DNA of 64,000 nt from Octopus vulgaris (taxonomy: Eukaryota): assembly GCA_951406725.2 (NCBI GenBank), contig OX597814.1, positions 14,012,001-14,076,000 on the forward strand. Reading direction: 5' to 3'. This document shows positions 1 to 12,099 of this stretch, in pieces. Both the position numbers and the translations under genes were made by a program. The notes below the pieces were generated by a model. That model was not told the DNA's origin and did not search any database. It saw only the letters and a list, made by a program, of their open reading frames with translations. Each line of letters begins with the position of its first letter. Positions within the stretch are counted from its first letter, which is position 1.

Positions 1-39
1 GTGTGATCGTTGCATTGACCATGACAGAGAAAGTTGTTA

Positions 40-440
40 TAGCGATACCGAGTCAGAAGCCTACGCAAAGTTGCAGAAAGTGTATAGAGATGAGTGTATG
101 AACCGCACACAAGGTTTCAAAGATTTCCAAGATGGCCGAAAAAATGTCGATCTTGACGAATGTTATGAGAAAACCTCAACCAGCAGAACTGAGAAAAACA
201 TCGCACATGTGCGTACAGGTGTGAGGGGAAATCATCGAATCACCAACCGTGAGTTATCAGAGAATGTGCAGATTAGTCACAGTTCATTTCAGTTCATCAT
301 CAATTAAAATTTTGGTATAAGACAAGTGTCTGCCAATTTTGTGCCAAAACTGCTTTCAGCTGACCAAAAAGGCACTCGGATTTTAGTTACACAAGATCTC
401 CCTGATTGTATCGAGTACGATGAAAACTTTTTGAAAACTT
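40..440 (+). mobile_element. Decayed mariner-family transposase, N-terminal fragment
   Basis: Translation ATESEAYAKLQKVYRDECMNRTQ..FQDGRKNV..TSRTEKNI..RITNRELSENVQIS, then FGIRQVSANFVPKLLSADQK after a stop. This matches the mariner HTH region and a WVPHEL-like FVPKLL motif. Confidence 0.8.
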
Positions 441-716
441 TGCGCAGGCCTCTGAGCAGGTAAATCAAGCTTTTCACAAACTTTGATGCAGATTCTCTGC
501 TCAACTTACTTTGCCATTGCCAATGCAAAGATCACACGCTACACACCTTTCTTCCAATCAGTGTTGTAAGCAGCTAAAGTGAGCTATAACGGTAAAACTT
601 AGTGTGCATGCACAGCAGGATTCAACACCAATCCATGGCAAGCGGCCTTACCCTGAGGGCCTCGTTATAATGGCAACAGTCCAGATGCTCATTGATCAGA
701 CCACGCACGCACACAC

Positions 717-787
<71 letters not shown>

Positions 788-789
<2 letters not shown>

Positions 790-1167
790 AGCAAAATGCC
801 CTCCGTCCAATGGACGGTGCTGAGTTGTCAAATACCAAATTTTCTCAAAACAACTTGTCCGACCGTCCATAGGCCTCCCCTACAGAGAAACAGTGATTTA
901 ACCTACAGTTGAGACACCAATAAAATAAGAAATAAAGAGACTTTTTTCTATTCCAAGTAAAACAATTTTACAAATCCCCGTACCCATGGCTTTATCGATC
1001 GCATTCTCACCTGGAATCGACTTTTGTAATTTTTTCAAGACGTATACACGCCTTGATACCGTCGGTATCTACATATCAAATTTAAGCGCAATCGGATGGA
1101 AGATCCCCGAGATCCTAGAAGACACACACACACACACACACAGACAGAACGGATTTTATATAATAGA
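788..1167 (-). mobile_element. Non-autonomous Helitron-like element
   Basis: The minus strand starts TCTATTATATAAAA followed by (TG)n. It ends with the hairpin CCGTCCA-T-TGGACGG (803-817) about 11 nt before a terminal CTGG. It is inserted between A and T with no TSD. Confidence 0.75.
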
Positions 1168-1287
1168 TATACCGTTTGTAGAAAGCAAACTCTCTAAGAT
1201 GTAGAACAGTATATATTAAAAATAGGGAATGTCGGTTTATGGGATTACCTTAGGTTTCCCGTCCATAAAAGGTTTAGCTTTATGACG

Positions 1288-1291
<4 letters not shown>

Positions 1292-1321
<30 letters not shown>

Positions 1322-1343
1322 TGTATGTATGTATGTATGTATG

Positions 1344-1374
<31 letters not shown>

Positions 1375-1390
1375 GTATGTATGTATGTAT
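1292..1390. repeat. (TATG)n microsatellite
   Basis: Read directly from the sequence. Confidence 0.95.
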
Positions 1391-1773
1391 GAGGGAGAGG
1401 GAATGAAGCAGGAGAAGATTAGAAGGCTGAGTGATTCTCTTTGGTAATTTACGCAGGTGATTTTCAGGATGAAATTTGTTAAAAAAAAAGCTTCTCCTTA
1501 TGTAAAATTCGCACCCAAAAGCTTTCACAATTTCCGATATGGCCAGGGGAAATTGGTTTTCAATGTAATTGTATTTAGCTTAATTTCACTTACTTATAAT
1601 TAGATTTTATTAAATTTTCAAAAAATAAAAATAATTTCTGTTTAATAGGTATCACATTGAAAGCTATTAGATTACAAAATGTTTGTGTTGTTTATCATAA
1701 ACTTTATTTTACATTTCTTGCCCACTAGTGATTATATCTGATATTTAGCATACTGGTGTATGTCTTCTCAAAT

Positions 1774-2162
1774 TTTTTGGAAGCACTCCATCGGTTACGA
1801 CGACGAGGGTTCCGGTTGATCCGAACCAACGGAACAGCCTGCTCGTGAAATTAACATGAAAGTGGTTGAGCAATCCACAGACACGTGTACCCTTAACGTA
1901 GTTCTCGGGGATATTCAGCGTGACACAGAGAGTGACAAGGCCGGCCCTTTGAAATACAGGTACAACAGAAACAGGAAGTAAGAGTGAGAGAAAGTTGTGG
2001 TGAAAGAGTACAGCAGGGATCACCACCATCCCCTGCCGGAGCCTCGTGGAGCTGTAGGTGTTTTCGCTCAATAAACACTCACAACGTCCGGTCTGGGAAT
2101 CGAAACCGCGATCCTATGACCGCGAGTCCGCTGCCCTAACCACTGGGCCATTGCGCCTCCAC
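1774..2162 (-). mobile_element. tRNA-derived SINE, family A head with tail type 1
   Basis: Head GTGGAGGCGCAATGGCCCAGTGGTTAGGG (A box) and GGTTTCGATTCCC (B box). 12-bp TSD GTCTTCTCAAAT at 1762-1773 and 2163-2174. Confidence 0.9.
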
Positions 2163-3069
2163 GTCTTCTCAAATAACGATCACAGGAAAAGTTGAAGATA
2201 AGAATCATCAACAAAACCAAATCTGATAAATACGCACAGCTTGGATGGCACTTCACTCAACCGAGAGAGGACGGTGACCGATCAAACTGATAAGGTAAAC
2301 AGAATTCTGATTGGTGGATAGCGTCTTCTTGTCTCAAATTCTGAATTTCTGCCTATTCTTGTGGGAACATCTGATACGTAGAATCGAAATTTTAATACCT
2401 TTCACACTTATAAAATGTCAAGCAAGTTTAAAAAATGGTTATTATTGCTATTGTCAGTATGGGCAGAACTTATGAATGGTTAACTGCGCAGGAGAAATAA
2501 GTATGTACGATATGCATTGGAATGCGGCAACAGAGCTGCCGGAAGGCATTTTAATCTTAAGGAATTCAATGAAACTAGCATAATCAGTACAACAAACTTA
2601 AAACTATGCTTAGTATTAAAAAGACAAAAATAAAATCATACAATCAAGTTCATCCTTAACATTACCTTTTTTCCAGTCAGGAATATCCATATTTATATGT
2701 ATGTCAATGGTGCTCCATTTTGATAGGTAGAAGCTCAAACCAATGTACAATATGGCCCGAACCGTGATCACCAGTATGAACGTCAGACTTCAAAAAGTTG
2801 TTTGTAAATTTATACAGAAAAGGTAAGCATTATACCTTCCAGCACAAATAAAAGTCAACTTCGTTATGTTTAATCCTTTATTCAAATGAGTCGACTTCCA
2901 GTACGATTCTTTATGTTTTGTATGTCTTTTTTTTCAACAAAAAATCACTACAAAATTCTGGAAACGATCTATTCAAGTTATTTACCCGCCACTAAAGTTT
3001 ATTTTTAATTTTGTCTCACACGTATTTATACAGTGTAACCACTGGCAAGCGGTCACTCTAATGATATTG

Positions 3070-3705
3070 CTTTTCAAATAAATGAAGGGAGTGCTGCCAC
3101 AATCCTTGCCTTCAGTTCATCTGAAGGTTTTCTTGCTCTCTTGTTCAATTGCGCCCCACACAAACTAATCATCGGGGTTTCTGTCTGGAGAGTCTGGAGA
3201 GTTATGTGACCATATGTCAGGGTTGATGTGGTTTCAGAAATTGTCTGCTCCTGCCAGTGTAGCATGGTGCAGAGTCCTGTTGCCACACATAAGGTCTTCC
3301 AACAGTTACCCTCTTGACCCAGGGCAGCAGTACCTCCCCCAGGCACTTGATGTAGGCCTCCGTTTTGAGTCTGAGGGCATATGAGAAGATGAATGGAGAC
3401 GTAACGTCACCATCACTAGTGATCACTCCAAACGCCATATCATTCTCGGTTCATGTTTGGGAAACACGGTAAGCCAAAGGTTGTTCTGTGTGTTCACCAT
3501 CTGTTCATATTAAAGCTTCCAGCGCGAATGCCAAGCAGTACAGTATGTCGTTTCCAAATTTTCGGTAGAGTAAAATGCGTTATTGTGTTGTTTATCTCAC
3601 ATACAGTACCCAACTGACACTAATAAACTGTGCAGTTGACAAAATAAAATCCAAACAATGTGCATGCGCAATATTTTAAATTGGTGACAATTTACCCATC
3701 AAACC

Positions 3706-3708
<3 letters not shown>
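3070..3708 (-). mobile_element. Decayed Tc1/mariner-superfamily (maT-like) DNA transposon
   Basis: MAFGVITSDGDV..YIKCLGEVLLPWVKRV..RPYVWQQDSAPCY resembles the catalytic core. A TIR-like end CAGGGTTTGATGGGTAAATTGTCACC abuts a TA run at 3708. Confidence 0.75.
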
Positions 3709-3750
<42 letters not shown>

Positions 3751-3754
<4 letters not shown>

Positions 3755-4249
3755 GTTTAAATATTTGTTGTGCAAGATTTTTTATGTGAAGTCGTGTGTT
3801 GAAACAGATATTGTTATATTTCGGAATGGTCATATTGCCAGTTTAGCCAATAAAAACACACGCACTATATATTTGGTGTTATTTTGCTTCAGTGATATTT
3901 ATTTTTTACATTAATCTTAATCTTATTTCGGCCAAAGTTCTTTCGTCACACTCCTGTGACCGCATCAGTGGTCCTTTGTTTTCTTCTCACTTACTTGTGT
4001 CTCTCCTTACTAACCGTCAGCCATTTTGTATACAAAATGGCTGACGGTTAGTAAGGAGAGACACAAGTAAGTGAGAAGAAAACAAAGGACCACTGATGCG
4101 GTCACAGGAGTGTGACGAAAGAACTTTGGCCGAAATAAGATTAAGATTAATGTAAAAAATAAATATCACTGAAGCAAAATAACACCAAATATATAGTGCG
4201 TGTGTTTTTATTGGCTAAACTGGCAATATGACCATTCCGAAATATAACA

Positions 4250-4253
<4 letters not shown>
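3751..4253. mobile_element. Fold-back PLE-derived element: perfect palindrome 3808-4253 (223-bp arms, no spacer)
   Basis: The arms are exact reverse complements about the 4030/4031 centre. The left arm has a ~57-bp extension. Both sides are flanked by (TA)n, and each arm contains a hammerhead-like fold. Confidence 0.75.
4087..4131 (+). ncRNA. Minimal type I hammerhead-like fold, variant core CUGAUGC (mirror copy 3930-3974, minus strand)
   Basis: GGACCA-CTGATGCG-GTCACA ggag TGTGAC-GAAAG aa CTT-TGGCC. Stem I is GGACCA/UGGCC, stem II has 6 bp, and stem III is very short. Confidence 0.55.
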
Positions 4254-4310
<57 letters not shown>

Positions 4311-4313
<3 letters not shown>

Positions 4314-4610
4314 AGGCGAAATGGGCCAATGGTTAGGGCAGGGAACTCGCGGTCAGAGGATCGCGGTTTCGATTCCCAGACCGGGCGTTGTGTGTGTTTA
4401 TTGAGCGAAAACACCTAAAGCTCCACGAGGCTCCGGCAGGGGGTGGTGATCCCTGCTGTACTCTTCCACCACTCTTTCTCTCACTCTTTCTTCTCTTGGC
4501 CTGCTCGCTTAGCCAGCGGGGTGGCGTCATTCGAAGGCTAAAACAATGCGAACGCATTGTGACCAGCGATGTGTAACAACATCTGATATTCTGGCCGGTC
4601 ACGTGATCAT

Positions 4611-4615
<5 letters not shown>
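4311..4615 (+). mobile_element. tRNA-derived SINE, family A head with tail type 2
   Basis: Same head as 1774-2162 but a different 3' module (TTGGCCTGCTCGC...GGTCACGTGAT). It lies between (TG)n and (TA)n. Confidence 0.9.
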
Positions 4616-4687
<72 letters not shown>

Positions 4688-4697
4688 ATGTGTGTGT

Positions 4698-4990
4698 GTG
4701 GAGGCGCAATGGCCCAGTGGTTAGGGTAGCGGACTCACTGTCGAAGGATCGCGGTTTCGATTCCCAGACCGGGTGTTGTGTGTGTTTATTGAGCGAAAAC
4801 ACCTAAAGGTCCACGAGGCTCCGGCAGGGGGTGGTGGCGACCCCTGCTGTGCTTTTTCGCCGCAAATTTCTCTGACTCTTTCTTCTGTTGGTCTGCTCGT
4901 TTAGCCAGCAGGGTGGCGTCATTTGAAGGCTGAAACAATGCGAAGCGCATTGTGACCAGCGATGTGTAGCAATATCTGATAGCCTGGTCG
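4698..4990 (+). mobile_element. tRNA-derived SINE, family A head with tail type 2
   Basis: Second copy directly downstream, with A and B boxes intact. Confidence 0.9.
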
Positions 4991-5563
4991 GAAAAGATAT
5001 ATATATGCATACTCACAGATGTGTTTGTCCATCTACAACGAATAATATGAGGGCGCAAATACTAGTAGGTATTGAAAAGTGTACATAGAGGTTGCTGATA
5101 TAACTTTTAAAATTATTTTGCGCCATACTATGCTAATAGCTTCCTAGGACCTCTATGCAATTTCTATACCTTTTCCATTATCCACATTTAAATGAGAGTG
5201 GAATGCCGCAATAGTTCCTTCGCCTACATATCAAATTATCTTATGGAATTACAGAAAGATCTGTTTCAAATTATTGTTGTTGTTGCTTTTATTTCAGTTG
5301 TACTTCCATTTCTTTGCAACTGTTTTCTCGATACCTGGGGCAAACATACGCATATATATTGATAGATCCATTAAACTAAACACAGCATGTTTTCATTTAT
5401 AAAATTGAATAAACTTTTGTAGAAAATAAACTATTTACATGAAACAAATTTTTCTCACAGTGACATTCCTCTTCTCAATACACATGACGTACCAGATAAA
5501 ACAAACTTAAAATAATTTCCTTTTTTTGATTTTCATCGTGTTCCTTTTATATATAAAGTAGGA

Positions 5564-5820
<257 letters not shown>

Positions 5821-5879
5821 ATTTTTTTACTGAACCACTTTTGTCCAAAAGGGGTTTCTTTTCTTGAAAGTTCCGCTTT

Positions 5880-7090
5880 TAGGGGCAAATTTTGGACTTT
5901 TTGTCCATTACATATATTTTTGTTTTTTCGTCTAACGTGAAAACACGGTGGCTTCCTCTGCCGAGGGGAGTGGCAGTGGATGTTCTGAAAGCCAGTACAG
6001 CCAAGATTTCTCCCCCTCTGAACAGCACAAATACGAACATCAAGAACAGCACCAACATTAACATGGAACATGAAAAAGTAAGCGAAGTAAACACAGCCAA
6101 CGTCAACACCGGCACGAACACAGTAAACACAAAAGAAAAGGTAGAGTGAAACGAGAACAATAACAAGCCAAGCGGCAACGGTTTCGCCTCGGTGGAGAAA
6201 CAAGCGAGGGAGTTTATTCATTTAAGGATTGACGATTTACAAAATGTAATGGGTTTGTTCAGGAAGAAAGACAATAATATTTTCTTTAACACTCCACAAC
6301 AACTGATAAAAGAAACACAGGAAAAACGATAATCTACAGATCATTAGACATTAAAAATAAGAGTGGAACAAGCAACTCAACTACAAATTGCATTAAGACC
6401 TATGTGGACGAGTAAAACCTATGTGACACGAGGAAATAGTTTCGGCACTTGTAAGTACGCTTCGGAAAGGTAGAAGAAGCAAGACAGCAATCTATACTGC
6501 TACTAAAACCTGAGGAATTCCTGCTCGTGCTGACATACCTAGTTCGATGCGTCGCCAAGATTAATATTGGGGAGGTGCCACCTGAAATAAATGCATGCTT
6601 GATGGGGGTGGATATCCTCTTTGATATAGAGGATAGCGCCAGAATACTGGAGGTGGATAAATTGCACCAATAAAACTTGACGCGTCAGGGACTAGAGCTT
6701 ATTGTTCAACTCGAACAAGATGCCCTAAATCCTATCCCTGATGCCATAAACCTACCAGACGGTACGAGATTACACGTAGCCGTGGAGGGCAGGCGACCGA
6801 TGTGGGTTTTTTTTTGTGTGAGCAACCAGCACCTCAAGGTTGACTGTCCCAAATACAAAGAGGTGTGTCGAAAGCTGCAAGCGAATGCAGAAGCGGGGGC
6901 ACCTCCAGTTCAGTAGCGGAAACCAGTCAAGTCGCCACTAGCGACAGCAGCGCTGCCTCTGGCCGTCTCTGGAGCGTCACGAACAACATTGGACGGAGTA
7001 ACACCATCACTTAGAGCATCACGAACAATACCAGAGTACCACCAACCACACCAGTCAGAGTACCACCACCAAAACCACCACCATTGTATA
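5880..7090 (+). pseudogene. Decayed L1/Tx1-like ORF1 with CCHC zinc-knuckle remnant
   Basis: IPDAINLPDGTRLHVAVEGRRP..FFCVSNQHLKVDCP (6677-6916) resembles a Tx1-type ORF1 C-terminus. The upstream part has many stops. Confidence 0.55.
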
Positions 7091-7994
7091 AGAACTCAAC
7101 TGTAATTAAACATTAATAACAGCGGAAATATAATGTAAAAAAATAATCAGAAAATCAAAATGTGCTCGAGCTGATTGATGTTTGATCCGATTAGAAATTC
7201 TGTAAACAAATTCTGTAAAAATTAGTAACGAACAACTAATTATTTTACGTGAATTTAATCCGTACAAAATCAAGTTCTGCTAATGCTATTTATCAGTAAA
7301 AGTTCGGACAAGACATCTTCCGTTTAGATAGCTCTTTCACTGTAGTTTGAATTTCGCTTTTGTGTACCTCCATTTGAATAATCTAACACTCAAATATTAC
7401 ATTCAAAATCCTTATTTCTCACAAAACTCATTATATACCTTGTTTTAGGATTTAATATTTACATTACTAATAATATTAGGAACAACCACATGTGCAATTG
7501 TTATATTGTAAAATGAAGTACATGAAACAGAATAAAAAATATGTCGTATGTCAAAAGAATTTTATTATGAACGCTCATATTTCCGTTCAAGTATAATAAT
7601 TTTGTTTACAGGAGGTGCTGTCGCTCCGTCGACGTTCGTCAGAGTGTCTACAGAGTGACATGCATCAATCTACTGTAAATTGTTGAAGTCTTTGGTGTAT
7701 GACTCTGTAGTCAATCTGAACTTCCATTCAGCTTCACATAGAATACGTCGCTAAAGGCAACGTTCTTGTTCATTTTGTTTAAATATCTTTATTGTCGTTT
7801 GTATTTTAAGCTACAACACTGATACCATTCCTACTATAAAATGTATTGCGGTTTTTTTTTTATTGCTGATTCACCAACCACAAAAATATATGCTTCAACT
7901 TACGAGAACATATACACATTCACAAACGTAGAGACGCACAAACATACACACACACGAACGTACAGACACATACACACATATTATACATATATAT

Positions 7995-8170
7995 ATACCG
8001 GAGTAAACACATAAATGTGAAACAAGGTGGGAAAAAGAGTACTCAAATACCAGTGGTAGAGTAATATGCTTTATTTAAAGCAGCAGAAAATTCAACAAAA
8101 CCTGTTACTCTGAGTAACGTGAAACTCAGTGTAACAGGTTTTGTTGAATTTTCTGCTGCTTTAAATAAAG
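7995..8170. mobile_element. Short fold-back PLE-derived remnant (inverted repeat 8068-8170)
   Basis: Arms of ~45 bp with 1 mismatch. The right arm starts at GTGAAACTCAGTGTA, a hammerhead 3' half. It sits in a TA-rich tract. Confidence 0.55.
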
Positions 8171-8177
8171 TATGTAT

Positions 8178-8208
<31 letters not shown>

Positions 8209-8218
8209 TTTATATATT

Positions 8219-8286
<68 letters not shown>

Positions 8287-8554
8287 GCAAATGATAGAGA
8301 CGGACACAGCGTTCGTTTCCCCCATCTTGCTACCATCCCCCTCGCGAGAGGAATACTGTACAGCTGGTAATGGTGCGTCCCTCGATGCAGACGCGTCTTG
8401 TCAAGTAATGTTATAAGGCTTATCTTGTTAAATAAATTCGGTATTAATACTGCATATTAGTGACCGTATGTTTAAACCGTTTGATTTGGGGGCAGTTAGT
8501 TATGGATATTTATTTGGGCTTATTTTACTGTCAACAGTTAATGTGTATATATTT

Positions 8555-8780
8555 ATTTCTTTACTACCCACAAGGGGCTAAACACAGAGGGGACAAACAA
8601 GAACAGACAAACGGATTAAGACGATTACATCGACCCCAGTGCGTAACTGGTACTTAATTTATTGACCCCGAAAGGATGAAAGGCAAAGTTGACCTCGGCG
8701 GAATTTGAACTCAGAACGTAACGGCAGACGAAATACGGCTACGCATTTCGCCCGACGTGCTAACGTTTCTGCCAGCTCTC
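8555..8780 (-). mobile_element. SINE family B (Nin/Deu-like core)
   Basis: B box GAGTTCAAATTCC and core CTTTCATCCTTTCGGGGTC.ATAAATTAAGTACCAG. There are several copies in the window. Confidence 0.85.
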
Positions 8781-9177
8781 AGGCTTATATATTTATACAG
8801 AATCTAAAGAGGAGAAAATAACTTTATAAGTGAAATATTAAAGTATGGGAAGAAAAGGAATAGAAAAGATCAAATACTTAGGGGTGAGAGTACGGTGGAT
8901 TTGCTAGGAGAGAAAAGGATGGTGAAGAAAGGAATAGAAATGGGAGATAAAGTTTCAGCTATTAGGGGAACATAGCAGTCGGGGTGAAATTGGTTGTCAA
9001 GAAAATTCTTGGGGGATTTTTAATTTTGGTTTCAAATTATGTATTTTCAAATTACTTTTCATTAAATTTCTTTGACTTTATTTATCATTTTAAAACCTGT
9101 TTTTCGTTCTATCTAATCGTATTACTCTTTTTCTTTTTGAATAGTTTGGCCATTTTTTCCGGGACGTTGAATACACC

Positions 9178-9420
9178 ATAGACAATAAGCAAATTGGCAA
9201 AATTTTTTTAGTCCAGTTCAAGCTAGGCCGAAAAGCTGCTGAAACAACGCACTATATCAACGATGCGTTTATCCCGGGAACCACTAATGAACGCACAGCT
9301 CAATAGTAGTTCAAGAAATTTCGAAGCGGTGACAAGAGTCTTGAAGATGATAAGCGTAGTGGTCGGCTATCGGATGCTGACAACGATCAACGAAGAGCCT
9401 TAGTCGAAGCCGATCCACGC
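9178..9420 (+). mobile_element. Hsmar1-like (cecropia) mariner transposase N-terminal fragment
   Basis: IDNKQIGKIFLVQFKLGRKAAETTHYINDAFIPGTTNERTAQ**FKKFRSGDKSLEDDKRSGRLSDADNDQRRALVEADP is colinear with the Hsmar1 N-terminus. The WW codons have mutated to stops. Confidence 0.9.
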
Positions 9421-10213
9421 GTACATTTTCTATGCGATGATAGTATCCGATAGGTTTGAACGCGCACGTACACGCCTTCATGTTGGATGGTAGAGCTGGT
9501 AGTTTGAGGGTCGGTGTTGGTAAGGGAGCTTAAGGACGTCTTAGGCTTATGGGCGGGAACCGGGTTTTAAGTGTGTTTTGTTAATTAGCGGGGTTAAATA
9601 TAACCAATTGTGGGTTTCTTAGTTTCTTATATTTTTTTAGTCGGGTAGATTATACCGGCAAGGTTAGTTATGGTGGAGTAGGAAAATTTAATAGATTAGG
9701 CGTTGAAAATTTTCCTAATATTACTGGACCCAGGGAAATCTTCTTGAAGCAGAGCAAAGAATATGCATGTGTGCGCGCGCCCGCGTATGTATGCATGTAT
9801 GCACGTATGTATGCATTTATGTATGTCATTATTCAGTTTTACTTCTATGTATGTATGTATGTATGCATGCATGTATATATATTATACTGTGTAAACGAAT
9901 ACATGTAACTTGTTTAAAATGTGATTTGATATTCTTGATGCTGTATCCTCCACGCGAGAAAGTGTCGCCTTCCGTTTTGATTCTGTTTTATTGTTTTGCA
10001 TTTGATAGATGTTAATTATTGACAGAAAGAAATTAATCATCTTCATTTTCTAGTCTAGGTAGTTATGTATTTGGTTGTTCTCAATAGTTGTTCCCATTCA
10101 TTTCTAGTTAGTTTCTTTGTCGTTTCTTACATCTTTCATCTTCTTAGTTGCTTAACATGATATATATTTTTCCAGATGCATTCCTTTTTGCTTGTTTTTT
10201 TGTTTTTGCTGCA

Positions 10214-10330
10214 AATTGTATTTGTGCATCATTTCTCGATATTTAATCACTAATTGTATTTGTGCATCATTTCTCGATATTTAATCACTAATTGTATTTG
10301 TGCATCATTTCTCGATATTTAATCACTAAT
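10214..10330. repeat. 38-bp tandem repeat, 3 copies
   Basis: AATTGTATTTGTGCATCATTTCTCGATATTTAATCACT at 10214, 10252 and 10290. Confidence 0.95.
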
Positions 10331-12099
10331 CTCACTCAGTTTTCTTTCATGTTTTACTGCATTATGTTATAACTTTATCGTCTGTTATATACTCTATTCT
10401 TGAATCTGAGGTTCATACTGCTTTTAAATTTATTATTTTGCATCGGAAGTCGTAAAGTTGTTCATAGTTTTTCTCTTATAAATCTGTCGACTTCACTGCT
10501 GTCTGTAAATTGATTTTCATTTTTTTCTTCCTTAAATTATTTTACTTGTACAATTTCTCATTGGCTAAGTCGGGTATCCTTTCTCTACTCCGCTATTGTA
10601 TTATTTCGCCATGATTTTCGTTGTTATGGTCTGTTTCACTACACTTCCTTAGATGTTTATCTCTTTCTCATTGATTGGTTTGTTAGCAGTCATCCTTTAT
10701 GTGACTTTTGATTATATTAATTATATCCTGTTTTCGTAAAGTTGATGTTCCTTCCGCTCAGCATGTTTTGGATATATGCGTTGTTTTCTTTATAATGGCT
10801 ACTTCGTAAATTGCTATTTTATATGCGAGACCTCTAATGTAATTTTCGCAGTAGTTTTTTTTTATCGTTACTATTGCTAAATTGTCATAAATTAAGGTCC
10901 TATATATTAAATCAATAATAATATATTTGCCATAAACATTTGGTGTTGCGTTATAACATTTGTTATATTTAAAACATTATGTTTCCTTTTTTTATATTTA
11001 TGTTGCAGTTCTTATGCCACGGGCTTTACTGTGCCTCACTCTATTATCTCTTGGGTTTTCAGTGCTGAACAACTAAGCAATTATCTAATACAATGTAATT
11101 AAAGTAAATTTCGTAACCACACCCGAGAGCTAAATACTAGTACACATTATTCATAGTGAAGTGTTATATATCTAAATTTACATTCCATCCAACCCACTCG
11201 ATAATGAAGAAGTCATCAAATATATATTAGACAACAACCCCATTCAACGGCATAAAGCATCTAGGCAATAAACCTCTAAAAGCAAGAATCATGAAGCATT
11301 AATTATTACACCTGCTTAAAATAAACAAACAAATTATGAATCAATCAAAGCCAAAAAGCAAATAATGTATGCTTCAAGTCTTTAAACTAAAAGTAATGAC
11401 AAACTTAGAACCTAACTGCCCAATAGATATTAAGTTTCAAGGTACCGAAAAACAAATCATATCAAAATGAAATAGCGTTACTTAATAAGAAAACCATAAA
11501 GCGAATTATTGCACATGGGACAATCCAAGAAAAAGTTTGTCACTGTGACATGAGAAACATTCAAATCATACATTCTGCCTGTTATATCGAAAAGAATATT
11601 TCCAACGTATCTTTTGAAGAACGTTTAAAACTTTAGAAATATCAATATAACTGTAAATGCTAACTTGGGCATTAATAGATTGTGACACTACATAGAAGTA
11701 ACAAAGTAAATTCTTCGTGCTCTGATGAACTTTAAAACAGAATTAAACAAAATACCTGACTCTTCATCCAAAAAGATAAAAGAGGGAAAATAGTAAACTC
11801 ACGTTGGAGTCTGCAATAATTTATATTTTGAAAGACTACCCAAGTTATAAACAATCAATATGTAATGCCAGAACGGCAGACGAAATAGTAATAAAAAGAA
11901 TTGCAACATTTTAAATTGCAAAGTAGTTGACAGAAAGAGTATTTTAGAGACCCCGCGTCCGTAGTATATATAGAAGAGCGCTTTAATGAAGTCTGATGAA
12001 ATAAAAGCAGTTTATGAATCTGACAAAAAGATAAGCAAATTGACAACCAAGGACATCCGTATACTGCAAGCCAACCTTCACTGGACGATACCTAAGCTT

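Noticed and set aside
2090-2162. tRNA genes at SINE heads (also 4311, 4698, 24010, 28662)
   Set aside because: A and B boxes are present, but there is no complete cloverleaf or terminator, and each continues into a repeated SINE body.
10214-10330. 38-bp repeats as a CRISPR-like array
   Set aside because: The units are directly adjacent with no spacers, there are no cas genes, and the context is eukaryotic.
11722-11728. CTGATGA motifs at 11722, 44499 and 49443 as hammerheads
   Set aside because: There is no supporting stem II/GAAA/stem III arrangement.
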